From Nostoc sp. DedSLP01 (GTDB lineage: Bacteria > Cyanobacteriota > Cyanobacteriia > Cyanobacteriales > Nostocaceae): DNA of 64,000 nucleotides. Shown here in pieces: positions 63,262 to 64,000 of the stretch. The position numbers and the translations under genes are program-made. The notes beneath the pieces were generated by a model. The model did not search any database. It worked only from the letters and a program-made list of their open reading frames with translations, and was not told the DNA's origin. Numbering within the stretch: position 1 is the stretch's first letter; each line of letters opens with the position of its first letter. The stretch covers positions 32,001 to 96,000 of the forward strand of contig JAVRCJ020000007.1 of NCBI GenBank assembly GCA_034530875.2, given 5' to 3'.

Positions 63262-64000
63262 ATGAAAATTGGGATTCAAAAAACAGCAGAAATTTTAGAG
63301 AAAGTTCATCAATTAGAATCCACACAGGGTCTTAAAAATGAAGCCTGCCGTTCCAAATTTTTGATTCACTCCGATATAACATCAAAAGTTTTTTTGTTTT
63401 TGCATGGTTTTACAGCAGGACCTTATCAGTTTGAGCCACTTGGTCAAGCCTTCTTTAAAAAAGGATATAACGTTTTAATTCCTTTACAACCCGGTCATGG
63501 ACGTTCGGGCAACTGGAACCGTCAAAATCCTCCACCACTACCAACAGATATTCAGATATATCAACAATTTCTACTAGAATGGTTGCAGATTGCAAAAACG
63601 TTAGGAGAACAAGTTGTAGTTGGTGGATTATCAACAGGTGGCACTTTAGCTGCTTGGTTAAGTTTAGAATATCCCCAAGAGATTGACCGCGCTTTATTGT
63701 TCACCCCTTATTTGGGTAGCCGTTACTCAGTATTCGATTTCCTGATTAAAATTCTACCAATTTACTTTGAATGGTTCAACAAAGATGCACCTGGAAATTT
63801 TGGTTATAAAGGTTTTTGCCTCAAAGCGTTACGAATACTTCTTCAATTAGGAGAAGAGGTTTTACAAAAGTCTGAAAGCTCTGTTTTTGCGCCTATTTTA
63901 ATGGTATGTAGTGAAGCAGATAGTGCTGTTAGTCGCTCTAAACAACGGGATTTTTTCCGTAAAATAGTTATGCAGCAACCAAAATCTTGGTATTACTGTT
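63262..64000 (+). CDS. Alpha/beta hydrolase (esterase-like), runs off the window end
   Basis: Hand translation gives FLHGFTAGP, PGHG and the nucleophile elbow GGLSTGG. Confidence 0.85.
   Translation, partial: MKIGIQKTAEILEKVHQLESTQGLKNEACRSKFLIHSDITSKVFLFLHGFTAGPYQFEPLGQAFFKKGYNVLIPLQPGHGRSGNWNRQNPPPLPTDIQIYQQFLLEWLQIAKTLGEQVVVGGLSTGGTLAAWLSLEYPQEIDRALLFTPYLGSRYSVFDFLIKILPIYFEWFNKDAPGNFGYKGFCLKALRILLQLGEEVLQKSESSVFAPILMVCSEADSAVSRSKQRDFFRKIVMQQPKSWYYC

Overview
Filamentous cyanobacterial (Nostocales-like) DNA, inferred from dense HIP1 (GCGATCGC) octamers, heptameric STRR-type repeats and the gene families present. Positions 1-20982 are the right-hand part of a Tn7-like element of the type V-K CAST (ShCAST-like) family. 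It carries tnsB-tnsC-tniQ on the minus strand and a right end with five TnsB sites ending in TGTACA. No cas12k, tracrRNA, CRISPR array or left end is visible; they would lie left of base 1 if they exist. The cargo is a co-oriented 14 kb protease cluster: three TPR-CHAT proteases, a caspase-like C14 protease with a Tat-type leader, and two TPR accessory proteins. It also holds a Panacea/MazF-like toxin-antitoxin pair, a small RHH/HTH module and a decayed second tniQ 3' end. Outside the element lie decayed genes (a P-type ATPase remnant and a back-to-back crp/hcp deletion), a signalling block (MASE1 hybrid kinase, REC-HK, three giant Ser/Thr kinase-ATPase-GAF-His kinase proteins), Hsp20, a candidate rod-shaped ncRNA and a small HNH protein. 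Further right are a DUF928 / CHAT-CHASE2 / sigma-70-like / DUF1822 module and ordinary metabolic genes. All family assignments come from motif recognition by eye; no searches were run.
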